From assembly GCA_017628395.1 (NCBI GenBank), contig JAGBZD010000042.1:6386-70385 (forward strand): 64,000 nt of DNA, read 5' to 3'. The position numbers and the translations under genes were made by a program. This document shows, one piece after another, positions 26,919 to 35,261 of the stretch; within the stretch, counting starts at the first letter, position 1; each line of letters starts with the position of its first letter. Below the pieces are notes generated by a model. The model saw nothing but the letters and a program-made list of their open reading frames with translations, ran no database searches and was not told the origin of the DNA. The stretch comes from Paludibacteraceae bacterium. Lineage in GTDB: Bacteria; Bacteroidota; Bacteroidia; Bacteroidales; Paludibacteraceae.

Positions 26919-29555
26919 ATGGCAGAACACACAGATGAAGTAAAACAACATTTGACAGGCATGTACCAAGACTGGTTCTTGGACTATGCTTCGTATGTCA
27001 TTTTGGAGCGTGCAGTCCCCTCTATTGAGGATGGTCTGAAGCCCGTTCAACGCCGCATCTTACATGCCATGAAGGGAGTAGATGATGGCAAGTATAACAA
27101 AGTGGCTAACATCGTTGGTCAAACCATGCAATACCACCCCCACGGCGATGCCAGCATTGGCGATGCATTGGTGCAATTGGGACAAAAGAACTTGCTCATT
27201 GATTGCCAAGGTAACTGGGGAAATATTCTGACGGGCGATGGCGCAGCAGCACCTCGTTATATCGAGGCACGGTTGAGTAAATTTGCATTAGACACCGTAT
27301 TCAATCCTAAGACCACGCAATGGATGATGTCCTATGATGGGCGAAAGAAAGAGCCTATCCATTTGCCTATTAAGTTCCCATTGCTTTTGGCACAAGGTGT
27401 AGAGGGTATTGCAGTGGGTCTTAACTCCAAAATCTTGCCACATAATTTCTGCGAGATTTGCGATGCAGCGCTCAGTTACTTGCGCGGCGAGGCGTTTGTA
27501 TTGTATCCAGACTTCCCAACGGGTGGTGAGATTGATGTGAGTCGCTATAATGATGGCGAAAGAGGTGGTGCAGTTCGCATACGCGCCAAGATACAAAAAT
27601 CGGACGACAACCGCACGCTCATCATCACCGAGATTCCATTTGGCACTACCACGACGAAGATCATCGAAACAATCACGCGCGCTGTGCAAAAAGGCAAGAT
27701 TAAGGTGCGCAAGGTGGATGACTTCACGGCTGAAGATGCACGCATTGAGGTGCAATTGGCGCCTGGAAGTTCATCGGACAAAACCATTGATGCACTCTAT
27801 GCTTTTACCGATTGCGAAATCAACATTTCCCCCAACTGCTGCGTGATACAAGATAAGAAACCTATCTTCACCACCATCAGCGAGCTGTTGCGCCTATCGG
27901 TAGAGCATACCAAGTCGCTACTCAAATGGGAATTGGAAATCGCTAAGGCAGAATTAGAGGAGCAGTATTTCTTCACATCGTTGGAGAAAATCTTTATCGA
28001 GAACCGCATATATAAAGAAGAGGGCTACGAGAATGCGCCTGACAAAGAGAAACTGATTGCCTTTGTGGACCAAGCTCTCGAACCTTGGAAAGAAAAACTA
28101 ATTCGTGAAGTACGCCGCGAAGACATCGAACGACTCTTTGAGATTCGCATGATTCGTATCACTCGCTTCGACTCTAAGAAAGCAGACGAACTAATGCGCG
28201 ACTTGGACAAGAAGATAAAAGCGACTATCAAGAACCTGAAAAACCTCAATGATTATACCATTGCATGGTTTGATATGCTCAGAACCAAGTATGGTCAGTT
28301 ATATCCACGCCATACTGAGGTTCGCAACTTTGCCAATATAAATATTAAAACAGTCGTAGAGGCCAACGAAAAACTATATATCAACCGCACAGAAGGATTC
28401 ATTGGTACGGCATTGAAGAAAGATGAATTCCTATGCAATTGTTCGGATATTGATGATGTGATTATCTTCCACAAGGATGGTAAATACAAGATTGTCAAAG
28501 TGGCAGACAAGGTGTTTGTAGGTACGGATATTATCCATATTGATATCTATCGCAAGAACGATCATCGCACCATTTATAATGCTATTTATCGCGATGGTAA
28601 AGGTGGTATCTACTATATGAAACGCTTTGCGGTGACAGGTGTTGCTCGTGACAAGGAATACGATTTGACACAAGGCACCAAGGGTTCGCGTGTGATGTAT
28701 TTCACAGCCAATCCGAATGGCGAGGCAGAGGTTATTCGTGTGACACTCAAACCCGCATTACACCTCAAGAAATTAGAAGTCATCAAGGACCTCAGCGAAC
28801 TGGCTATTAAGAGTCGTACAGCACGGGGTAATGTGCTAACGAAGTACGATGTAAAATCCATTACGCTCAAGCAGAAGGGTCACTCCACCTTGGGCGGTCG
28901 TCAGGTATGGTTTGACCCAGATGTATTGCGCTTGAACTACGATGGACAAGGTATGTATTTGGGCGAGTTTGCGGAAGAAGACCGCATATTGGTCATCACC
29001 AATAATGGTGGTTATTATCTGACCAACTTTGATTTGACAGCCCACTTCGACCATAACATCTGGCGCATTGAGAAGTTCAATAGCGAAAAGATATGGTCGC
29101 TTGCTATGTGGAACGCCGATTTGGGTTATTACTACGGCAAGCGCTTCCTCTTGGACGCGCAGGCGAAACTGCAAAGCATGTTGGGCGAGAATAGCGACAG
29201 CAAGATGACAATCCTTACCGACCGCGAAGAAGCCATGTTCCGTATCACTTTTGTGGACGAGACCAAACCTGCAATTGAGGTGCAGATGTCCGAGTTCATT
29301 GAGGCAAAATCGCCCAAAGCGAAGGGAAAACGCTTCTCTACATTGGATATTGCTAAGATAGAAGACATCACGCCTGAACCAGAGCCAGAGCCAGAACCAG
29401 AGATGGAACCAAACGAAGGTGACGAGCTGATTGAACCTGTAGGTGATGAAGCGCAAACAACGACCGAAACGAATGTAGTAGATGTGCCATTCACCATCAC
29501 CAACGAAGTGCCTGAAGACAGCAAACCCATAGAAGAACAACTGAGCTTATTCTAA
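26919..29555 (+). CDS. parC: DNA topoisomerase IV subunit A (ParC-type GyrA/ParC family)
   Basis: WFLDYASYVILERAVPSIEDGLKPVQRRILHAM, the QTMQYHPHGD motif and AAPRYIEARL (catalytic Tyr). Acidic PEPEPEPEPEMEP tail. Confidence 0.85.
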   Translation: MAEHTDEVKQHLTGMYQDWFLDYASYVILERAVPSIEDGLKPVQRRILHAMKGVDDGKYNKVANIVGQTMQYHPHGDASIGDALVQLGQKNLLIDCQGNWGNILTGDGAAAPRYIEARLSKFALDTVFNPKTTQWMMSYDGRKKEPIHLPIKFPLLLAQGVEGIAVGLNSKILPHNFCEICDAALSYLRGEAFVLYPDFPTGGEIDVSRYNDGERGGAVRIRAKIQKSDDNRTLIITEIPFGTTTTKIIETITRAVQKGKIKVRKVDDFTAEDARIEVQLAPGSSSDKTIDALYAFTDCEINISPNCCVIQDKKPIFTTISELLRLSVEHTKSLLKWELEIAKAELEEQYFFTSLEKIFIENRIYKEEGYENAPDKEKLIAFVDQALEPWKEKLIREVRREDIERLFEIRMIRITRFDSKKADELMRDLDKKIKATIKNLKNLNDYTIAWFDMLRTKYGQLYPRHTEVRNFANINIKTVVEANEKLYINRTEGFIGTALKKDEFLCNCSDIDDVIIFHKDGKYKIVKVADKVFVGTDIIHIDIYRKNDHRTIYNAIYRDGKGGIYYMKRFAVTGVARDKEYDLTQGTKGSRVMYFTANPNGEAEVIRVTLKPALHLKKLEVIKDLSELAIKSRTARGNVLTKYDVKSITLKQKGHSTLGGRQVWFDPDVLRLNYDGQGMYLGEFAEEDRILVITNNGGYYLTNFDLTAHFDHNIWRIEKFNSEKIWSLAMWNADLGYYYGKRFLLDAQAKLQSMLGENSDSKMTILTDREEAMFRITFVDETKPAIEVQMSEFIEAKSPKAKGKRFSTLDIAKIEDITPEPEPEPEPEMEPNEGDELIEPVGDEAQTTTETNVVDVPFTITNEVPEDSKPIEEQLSLF

Positions 29556-29559
29556 CAAC

Positions 29560-29606
29560 AAATACTCGCCCTGTCCATACCGAACTGGGCGAGTATTTAT
29601 TTTATT
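29560..29606 (+). terminator. rho-independent terminator after parC (possibly bidirectional)
   Basis: 12-bp stem (AAATACTCGCCC at 29560-29571 pairs with GGGCGAGTATTT at 29587-29598), then a T-rich run. Confidence 0.75.
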
Positions 29607-29645
29607 GTTTAATTATTTTCTTGTAAAATTCTGCTCTATCTTTCG

Positions 29646-30650
29646 TTACATTTTTATCACCACCTGTTGTACCAATTGATCATCGGCATGGATATAGAGG
29701 GTGTATTCACCTTGCATCCATCCGCCCATATTGATTTGCACCATGTGTTCGCCTGCGGCTTCTGTGTGTGCGGATGTGGAGTACATAGGCATACCCAATG
29801 CATTGTGCAGGTGCATATATACCGTAGCATCTTGTACCAATGTATAGCGCACTTGCAAATCCGTTTGTACAGGGTTGGGCAGATACGATAAGTCCGTTAA
29901 TAGTACTGGGGCTGTATCTCCTACGGTTTCATCTACTACGGGTGCCAACTCCTCAGGTGTGGAGTCGGTAGTGTCTTCTATATGGTAGTAGAACGATGTT
30001 TGGAACGCCAACTGTATGCTGTCTTCTACCATCTCGTAGGCGGTTACACTCTCGAAAACAGGGATATAGGATTCCGCAGCAAACCATTGGTATTTATCCA
30101 CCAACATAGCGGTACTATCCAAACCACTTTCCACATATTGGCGTTGGCTATGCACACGCAGCACTTGCTCGTAGGTCTTATCGGGTAGAATGAGTTTGCC
30201 TTGTGCATCCACCTCTATGGTGTTCGTACCTGATAGGGTCATTGGTATGCGATGACCGTACTCGCCTTTGGCTGCAAAGGTAGTGGTGAGGGTATCACCA
30301 TAGCGCAATGGCAGGCGCAAGACCGCTTCGGGCTGGGTGTATTGCACAAAGGAGGTTGGGTTCTCATACCCTGTGCGCCAAATGGTATCGGCGGTGAGGG
30401 TGTAGTAGTAGCGTGTACGATGCTCGGTAGCGCACCATTGGTACATATAGTTGCTATCGGGTATGGAATACGCTACGGTGTACTCTTCGTTGATTGGACT
30501 CAGCATATCAAAATCCCATGTCAGTTCCTTGCCACTAGCACCTGGGTCTTTGTATGCAACTTGCTGTTTGATATAGGTGTTTTCTTCTGCGTAAAGCATG
30601 GATGCGCAGAAGGTAACTGCTAAAGCTAAAAATAATTTTATTGGGTTCAT
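29646..30650 (-). CDS. secreted protein with T9SS C-terminal sorting domain
   Basis: Signal peptide MNPIKLFLALAVTFCASMLYA. C-terminus LPNPVQTDLQVRY...VYMHLHNALGMPMY...GEYTLYIHADDQLVQQVVIKM matches the type-A CTD pattern. Confidence 0.75.
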   Translation of the reverse strand: MNPIKLFLALAVTFCASMLYAEENTYIKQQVAYKDPGASGKELTWDFDMLSPINEEYTVAYSIPDSNYMYQWCATEHRTRYYYTLTADTIWRTGYENPTSFVQYTQPEAVLRLPLRYGDTLTTTFAAKGEYGHRIPMTLSGTNTIEVDAQGKLILPDKTYEQVLRVHSQRQYVESGLDSTAMLVDKYQWFAAESYIPVFESVTAYEMVEDSIQLAFQTSFYYHIEDTTDSTPEELAPVVDETVGDTAPVLLTDLSYLPNPVQTDLQVRYTLVQDATVYMHLHNALGMPMYSTSAHTEAAGEHMVQINMGGWMQGEYTLYIHADDQLVQQVVIKM

Positions 30651-30693
30651 GATGACAGTTATTTCGCTATTCTCAAATAGAAAAGGTTTGCAA

Positions 30694-31350
30694 TTATTTT
30701 TTTTGTTCTTCATAAAACCAAATATCATATTTTTGCATTTTGTTCTGATATTTTTGTTTTATATCATCTGCTAAAGGATATGGTACTTTTATTATACCTA
30801 AACTATAGCTACTCTCCATCATACAATTGAAATTACGTTTAAAAATGTGTCCCACATAATTATCTGAATATTTATTTGGATTGCGATATTGGATGTGTAC
30901 AATTTGGTATTTTTGATTTAAATAAATAGCAAAATAGCAGATATCTAGTAGATGCTTATAATATTCATCAGGAGACATATTCAGTCGTTGCATCATTAAC
31001 GTGTCTTTTGAAGAATATTTATGCTTCTCTTCAAAACGTAAATCATCGCAACCTTTATGAAATAAATAATTGCAAGATAGTGAATCTATTCCAAAATCAA
31101 TACTAATATTGTATTTATAATCTCTGTAATCATTAATCTTAATATGATAATAGTTTACATCATGACTTCCCTCCCAATCAAAATCATGATACTCATCAAC
31201 AAAGGCTTCTGATGGCAAAGGATAGCGCTTTTCTTCTTCAGGTTGGCTGTAGCTCCATCTGATGAATATTGCGACAGCCAGTACCAATAATAATACTATG
31301 AGATTAATACATCCCATAATAATGTTAATCCATTTAAATATTGTTTTCAT
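30694..31350 (-). CDS. membrane-anchored protein, candidate immunity partner of the upstream RHS toxin tip
   Basis: N-terminal helix IIMGCINLIVLLLVLAVAIFI. Starts 2 nt after the toxin ORF stop. AT-rich. No family recognised. Confidence 0.5.
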   Translation of the reverse strand: MKTIFKWINIIMGCINLIVLLLVLAVAIFIRWSYSQPEEEKRYPLPSEAFVDEYHDFDWEGSHDVNYYHIKINDYRDYKYNISIDFGIDSLSCNYLFHKGCDDLRFEEKHKYSSKDTLMMQRLNMSPDEYYKHLLDICYFAIYLNQKYQIVHIQYRNPNKYSDNYVGHIFKRNFNCMMESSYSLGIIKVPYPLADDIKQKYQNKMQKYDIWFYEEQKK

Positions 31351-31352
31351 AA

Positions 31353-32240
31353 CTATTTATTATTCTTTTTGTAATAGTATCCCATACGAATAGATAATTG
31401 ATCATCCTTCGAATCAAACTTTCTTTTACCTGTTTTTATATCTTTATGCAACCAAGCATCAACATGCGCGCCAAGAACTGCCACCTTATATGGTATATTC
31501 ATTGCTCTCATAGCTGTTCCCCATAAGAAATTTCCAAAGTTTTGAGGATTCTGAGCAACTAAACTTCCATTATGCTCTATAATAGGCATAGCTAACAGGT
31601 GGTTTACAACATACAAGTACTGCGTCGTATTCACAAAGTCAAGTTCCCCACCTCTACTCTGATTGTAAGCATAAATATATTTTTCTAAGAGATTGCCCTC
31701 TTCAGAAAATAATAACACTTTAGTCGAATCAATAATGTTTTGTATTTCTTCATCGGTTACAAAACGTACTCCATAATAGAGTGGATCACCATCTATAAAT
31801 TCCTTTGGGTCTGTTACAACTGGAAAACTGAAGGTTTTAGAATAAGTTCCATCTTGATTTAATATTACCCCAATATCATCTCCATCTGCAACAATTGTCT
31901 TTTGATAAAGTCCATGTACATTAAAGATAAGCGTATCCATTCCATCAGGATCCACAAACCTCACTGGATTATTCCCACACCATGCATAAGGTGACGTTGA
32001 ATAATACTTCTCCGCTAACGGATCCATCGTCGTTGTGCGACAGATGGCAGGATAGTACCAACGCGCTTCGCTGTCATACTCATCCAGCCCATGCATCTCA
32101 ACAAATTCTTTGCTGTTGTATTTGTATGGCTGTTCAGATGCACCTGCTGTCTCTGCCCATGGTAATCCAGAGGGATAGTACTGCATGCGTTGCACGCACT
32201 CCTTCGTGCCTGCATTGGGAATCTTATATGTCTCACGCAC
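31353..32240 (-). CDS. 5'-truncated RHS-repeat-associated core tip plus C-terminal toxin-like domain (orphan module)
   Basis: YYPSGLPWAE...QPYKYNSKEFVEMHGLDEYDSEARWYYPAICRTTTMDPLAEKYYSTSPYAWCGNNPVRFVDPDGMD is the canonical end of an RHS core. About 200 unrelated aa follow. The ORF opens with GTG, an in-frame TAG lies 5 codons upstream, and there is no RHS shell upstream. Confidence 0.7.
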   Translation of the reverse strand: MRETYKIPNAGTKECVQRMQYYPSGLPWAETAGASEQPYKYNSKEFVEMHGLDEYDSEARWYYPAICRTTTMDPLAEKYYSTSPYAWCGNNPVRFVDPDGMDTLIFNVHGLYQKTIVADGDDIGVILNQDGTYSKTFSFPVVTDPKEFIDGDPLYYGVRFVTDEEIQNIIDSTKVLLFSEEGNLLEKYIYAYNQSRGGELDFVNTTQYLYVVNHLLAMPIIEHNGSLVAQNPQNFGNFLWGTAMRAMNIPYKVAVLGAHVDAWLHKDIKTGKRKFDSKDDQLSIRMGYYYKKNNK

Positions 32241-32308
32241 ATGGTTGGTAGTATACTAATAATCAGCATATTACAAACATGATTGTTAACACAGGCAAAA
32301 AATGAGAA

Positions 32309-33772
32309 TTACTTACAATTCGATAGATTATGTAAGAACTTAGAGAATTCTGAAGAGGATACGCCTATTTTTTTCAAGATGCGATTCTTCAAAACACGGA
32401 TGCTGCCTTTAGTATAGCACATATAATCGGCAATTTCTACATCACTTAAATTAGGATAAATAAGACTTATCGTACAGAAGATTTTGTCTTGCTCAGATAA
32501 TGGTAGTGCGTCTAATTGAGTTGTCCAATCATGAAGCCACGGAGCGAGATCTTTTTTCAACACAGAATAGTTCCTCCAACGCTTATGTGGAGTATGATAT
32601 CTATCTACGATATTAGATAATTTCTCTCCAAATTGGCGATAATACAACTCTTGAGATAAACGAGCTTCTTGATTTTCTATGTGTGTAGATAATTGATCTA
32701 TCTGCTCACATGCTATGCGGTTGCGTTGGCGATACACGACTGCACCTATAGCTAAAATGATGCAAATAACTACTATAAGACTCAATATAATCCATACCCA
32801 ACGCAATGGGTGTGGATTCGATAAATATGTTTTTAGGCATTGATGAGCAAGAGAATAGCATTCATTCTGTTGTTCCAATAGGCGATTTATGTCTTCTCTT
32901 TGATGGGAATAGGTTGCCAATAACTCTATGTTATTATTCGACTTGGCATTTTCTATCAAAATATAATAAGCATTTGAACAATAGTTCGGATTATTTGAAT
33001 TAGCGACTATCCATTCTGCGTAAGGAACGGCACTTCCAATTTGATTAATCCGATAATATATCTGTAAAATCCTCAACCAACTAAAGCATTTGTCTTTTTT
33101 AGTTTGCCAATAATCTAATGCTTCTTGAAAATATACCAATGCAGAATCGTATTGATGCAATTCGTAGAAATAAAGTCCATTGGTTTCATAATAGCGCGCC
33201 ATATATGCACTATCCAATTGATATGTTTGGGCGACATTCAGCAAACTATCTGCATTTCCAAAGCGATGCAGATAAACATGGCATTGGCTTACATTCAACA
33301 AACTCTGAGCATAATACCACTCATTGCCACTCTCCTTGAAGGCGTTATTGGATCGTTCATAGAATATCAATGCTAAACTATCATTATCATTTTGCGCGCA
33401 GATATAGCCCATGCACGAGTTTACGCGTCCACGATAGATAGGGTCGTCTATCTGCAAGCGGTCTGCCTCAATATAACATTCTGCTGCTTCTACAATTTGA
33501 TCAGATAGACTATAGTTTCGCCCCATGTAATAATACGCCTTGCCCAGGGTATTGCTCATCAATAACCTGCCCACAGGATTATCTAAGCAGCGTATCGTTC
33601 TGCCTAATACTGCTGTATCATCATAAATCACATGCTCCGTTTGATCCAAACTATCTGCCAGAGCAATCACTTGTCTTGCTTCTTGCCAGTGACAAGCTGA
33701 CAGAACACAACACAAAACAAATATACAAACCATCCTGACAGGATGTAGAATATTTGATACCCTGGACAACAT
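32309..33772 (-). CDS. one-component membrane regulator: lipoprotein-type signal, TPR ectodomain, TM helix, LuxR/GerE-type HTH
   Basis: CVLSAC lipobox. TPR-like repeats. TM helix WVWIILSLIVVICIILAIGAVVY. C-terminal LSEQDKIF...LSDVEIADYMCYTKGSIRVLKNRILKKIGVS. Confidence 0.65.
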   Translation of the reverse strand: MLSRVSNILHPVRMVCIFVLCCVLSACHWQEARQVIALADSLDQTEHVIYDDTAVLGRTIRCLDNPVGRLLMSNTLGKAYYYMGRNYSLSDQIVEAAECYIEADRLQIDDPIYRGRVNSCMGYICAQNDNDSLALIFYERSNNAFKESGNEWYYAQSLLNVSQCHVYLHRFGNADSLLNVAQTYQLDSAYMARYYETNGLYFYELHQYDSALVYFQEALDYWQTKKDKCFSWLRILQIYYRINQIGSAVPYAEWIVANSNNPNYCSNAYYILIENAKSNNNIELLATYSHQREDINRLLEQQNECYSLAHQCLKTYLSNPHPLRWVWIILSLIVVICIILAIGAVVYRQRNRIACEQIDQLSTHIENQEARLSQELYYRQFGEKLSNIVDRYHTPHKRWRNYSVLKKDLAPWLHDWTTQLDALPLSEQDKIFCTISLIYPNLSDVEIADYMCYTKGSIRVLKNRILKKIGVSSSEFSKFLHNLSNCK

Positions 33773-33793
33773 GATAAGCAGAAAATATTGCGT

Positions 33794-34870
33794 TTAATGC
33801 TTGATAATCTTCTCCGCAATCTGCACCGCATTGAGCGCAGCACCTTTTCGAATTTGGTCACCGACGCACCAGAAAGTAATACCATTCTCGTTGGCTAAAT
33901 CTTTACGAATACGACCCACATACACATCATCCGTACCACTCAAATACAAAGGCATTGGGTATGGAAATTTTGAATGTTGAATGTTGAATTTTGAATTATC
34001 TTCTTCAGAAATCTCCAAAAATGGTTTGCCGAGGTTGGCAGGATTGTCGATTACTTGTACACCTTCGGCATTGGCAAGTGCATTGCGAACTTGCTCTGGA
34101 GTGAGTGGCTCGGTAGTCTCTACCCATACCGCCTCTGAGTGTGCACGCAAAGAAGGCACACGCACACATGTAGCCGAAACAGCAATGTCAGAGTGCATGA
34201 TCTTGCGCGTCTCGTGGTACATCTTTAACTCTTCTTTGGTGTAGTCATCATCACCAAAGACATCTATCTGCGGAATGAGGTTATAAGCCAATTGATAAGC
34301 AAACTTTTGGTGCTTTACTTCCTCTCCATTTATGGCTTGACGGTATTGCTCCTCCAACTCTGCCATTGCACTGGCGCCAGCGCCCGAAGCCGACTGATAA
34401 GAAGAAACATGCACACGCTTGATATGCGAGAGTTCCTCGATCGCCTTCAAGCAGACTGCCATGATGATGGTAGTACAGTTGGGATTGGCAATGATGCGCT
34501 TGCCACCCTCTTGGAGAGCTTGCGCGATGTCATCCGCATTGAGTTCGGGAACCACCAAAGGTACATGCTCGTCCATGCGGAAAGCAGAAGAGTTGTCAAT
34601 CATGATTGCTCCATAGCGAGTGATGTCCTCTGCGTATTCCTTAGATACAGAGCCACCTGCTGATACAAAAGCTATATCTACGCCTTTGAACAAGTCGCCA
34701 TGACAAAGTTCTTCTACGGTGTATTCCTTGCCGCAGAAAGTATATGTAGTGCCTGCACTGCGTGCAGAGCCGAAAAGTCGAAGTTGAGTAATGGGGAACT
34801 GGCGTTGAGCCAAAATAGTAAGGAGCTCTTGTCCTACTGCGCCTGATGCGCCTACGATAGCTATTGTCAT
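33794..34870 (-). CDS. asd: aspartate-semialdehyde dehydrogenase (with an in-frame insertion at 33965-34033)
   Basis: [13 protein letters not shown], the NPNCTTI active-site Cys, SYQSASGAG and [18 protein letters not shown]. Confidence 0.9.
   Translation of the reverse strand: MTIAIVGASGAVGQELLTILAQRQFPITQLRLFGSARSAGTTYTFCGKEYTVEELCHGDLFKGVDIAFVSAGGSVSKEYAEDITRYGAIMIDNSSAFRMDEHVPLVVPELNADDIAQALQEGGKRIIANPNCTTIIMAVCLKAIEELSHIKRVHVSSYQSASGAGASAMAELEEQYRQAINGEEVKHQKFAYQLAYNLIPQIDVFGDDDYTKEELKMYHETRKIMHSDIAVSATCVRVPSLRAHSEAVWVETTEPLTPEQVRNALANAEGVQVIDNPANLGKPFLEISEEDNSKFNIQHSKFPYPMPLYLSGTDDVYVGRIRKDLANENGITFWCVGDQIRKGAALNAVQIAEKIIKH
33969..33997. repeat. heptamer tandem array (T/G)TTGAAT x4 inside asd
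   Basis: TTGAAT starts at 33970, 33977, 33984 and 33991. Confidence 0.85.
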
Positions 34871-34872
34871 TG

Positions 34873-34907
34873 TTTATAGTTGAAAGTTTATAGTTGAAAG
34901 TTTAAGG
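34873..34907. repeat. 14-bp tandem repeat GTTTATAGTTGAAA x2 plus a partial unit
   Basis: Begins 3 nt upstream of the asd ATG. Confidence 0.85.
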
Positions 34908-34910
34908 GTA

Positions 34911-34952
34911 GGGAAAAATAAGGATGTCCGACCACTAAGTCAAACATCCTTA
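34911..34952 (-). terminator. rho-independent terminator after the 34961-35155 gene
   Basis: 9-bp stem (TAAGGATGT at 34919-34927 pairs with ACATCCTTA at 34944-34952). TTTTTCCC follows on the minus strand. Confidence 0.65.
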
Positions 34953-34960
34953 AAATGTAA

Positions 34961-35155
34961 TTAAAGAAGAGTGATTGTCAATTCCTCTGCCTCCTCAAAA
35001 GCAACTTTACCTTCGCGAGCCAACCAGCCCAAAGCGAGGTTCAAGTCGTCGTTTTTCAATTTTGTAGCTTTCTTCAAAGCTTTGAGTGTGAGAGCACCAC
35101 CTTGTAATGCATTCCAGATCAAACCTGCGTTCTCACCAATTTTAGTTGTAATCAT
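34961..35155 (-). CDS. small winged-helix protein (DUF2582-like)
   Basis: The 64-aa sequence IGENAGLIWNALQGGALTLKALKKATKLKNDDLNLALGWLAREGKV matches my recollection of this wHTH family. Confidence 0.6.
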   Translation of the reverse strand: MITTKIGENAGLIWNALQGGALTLKALKKATKLKNDDLNLALGWLAREGKVAFEEAEELTITLL

Positions 35156-35212
35156 AATACCTTAAAAAATAAAACAGTTAATATTATAGTGCGGGCTATG
35201 CCCGTTTTTTTC

Positions 35213-35261
35213 GGTTATTGGTTATTGGTTATTGGATATTGGATATTGGGTATTGGATATG
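35213..35261. repeat. heptamer tandem array GGTTATT x3, GGATATT x2, GGGTATT, GGATATG
   Basis: Seven contiguous units spanning the fabF stop codon. Confidence 0.9.

Noticed and set aside
28836-29540. 234-aa minus-strand ORF, together with the other ORFs inside parC.
   Set aside because: Antisense to the clearly conserved parC frame.
35190-35212. Hairpin GCGGGC-TAT-GCCCG with a T7 run on the plus strand, just past the fabF stop.
   Set aside because: As a terminator it points the wrong way, because no plus-strand gene lies upstream. On the fabF strand the A-run precedes the stem. It may still be a weak bidirectional stop, but I cannot support that.
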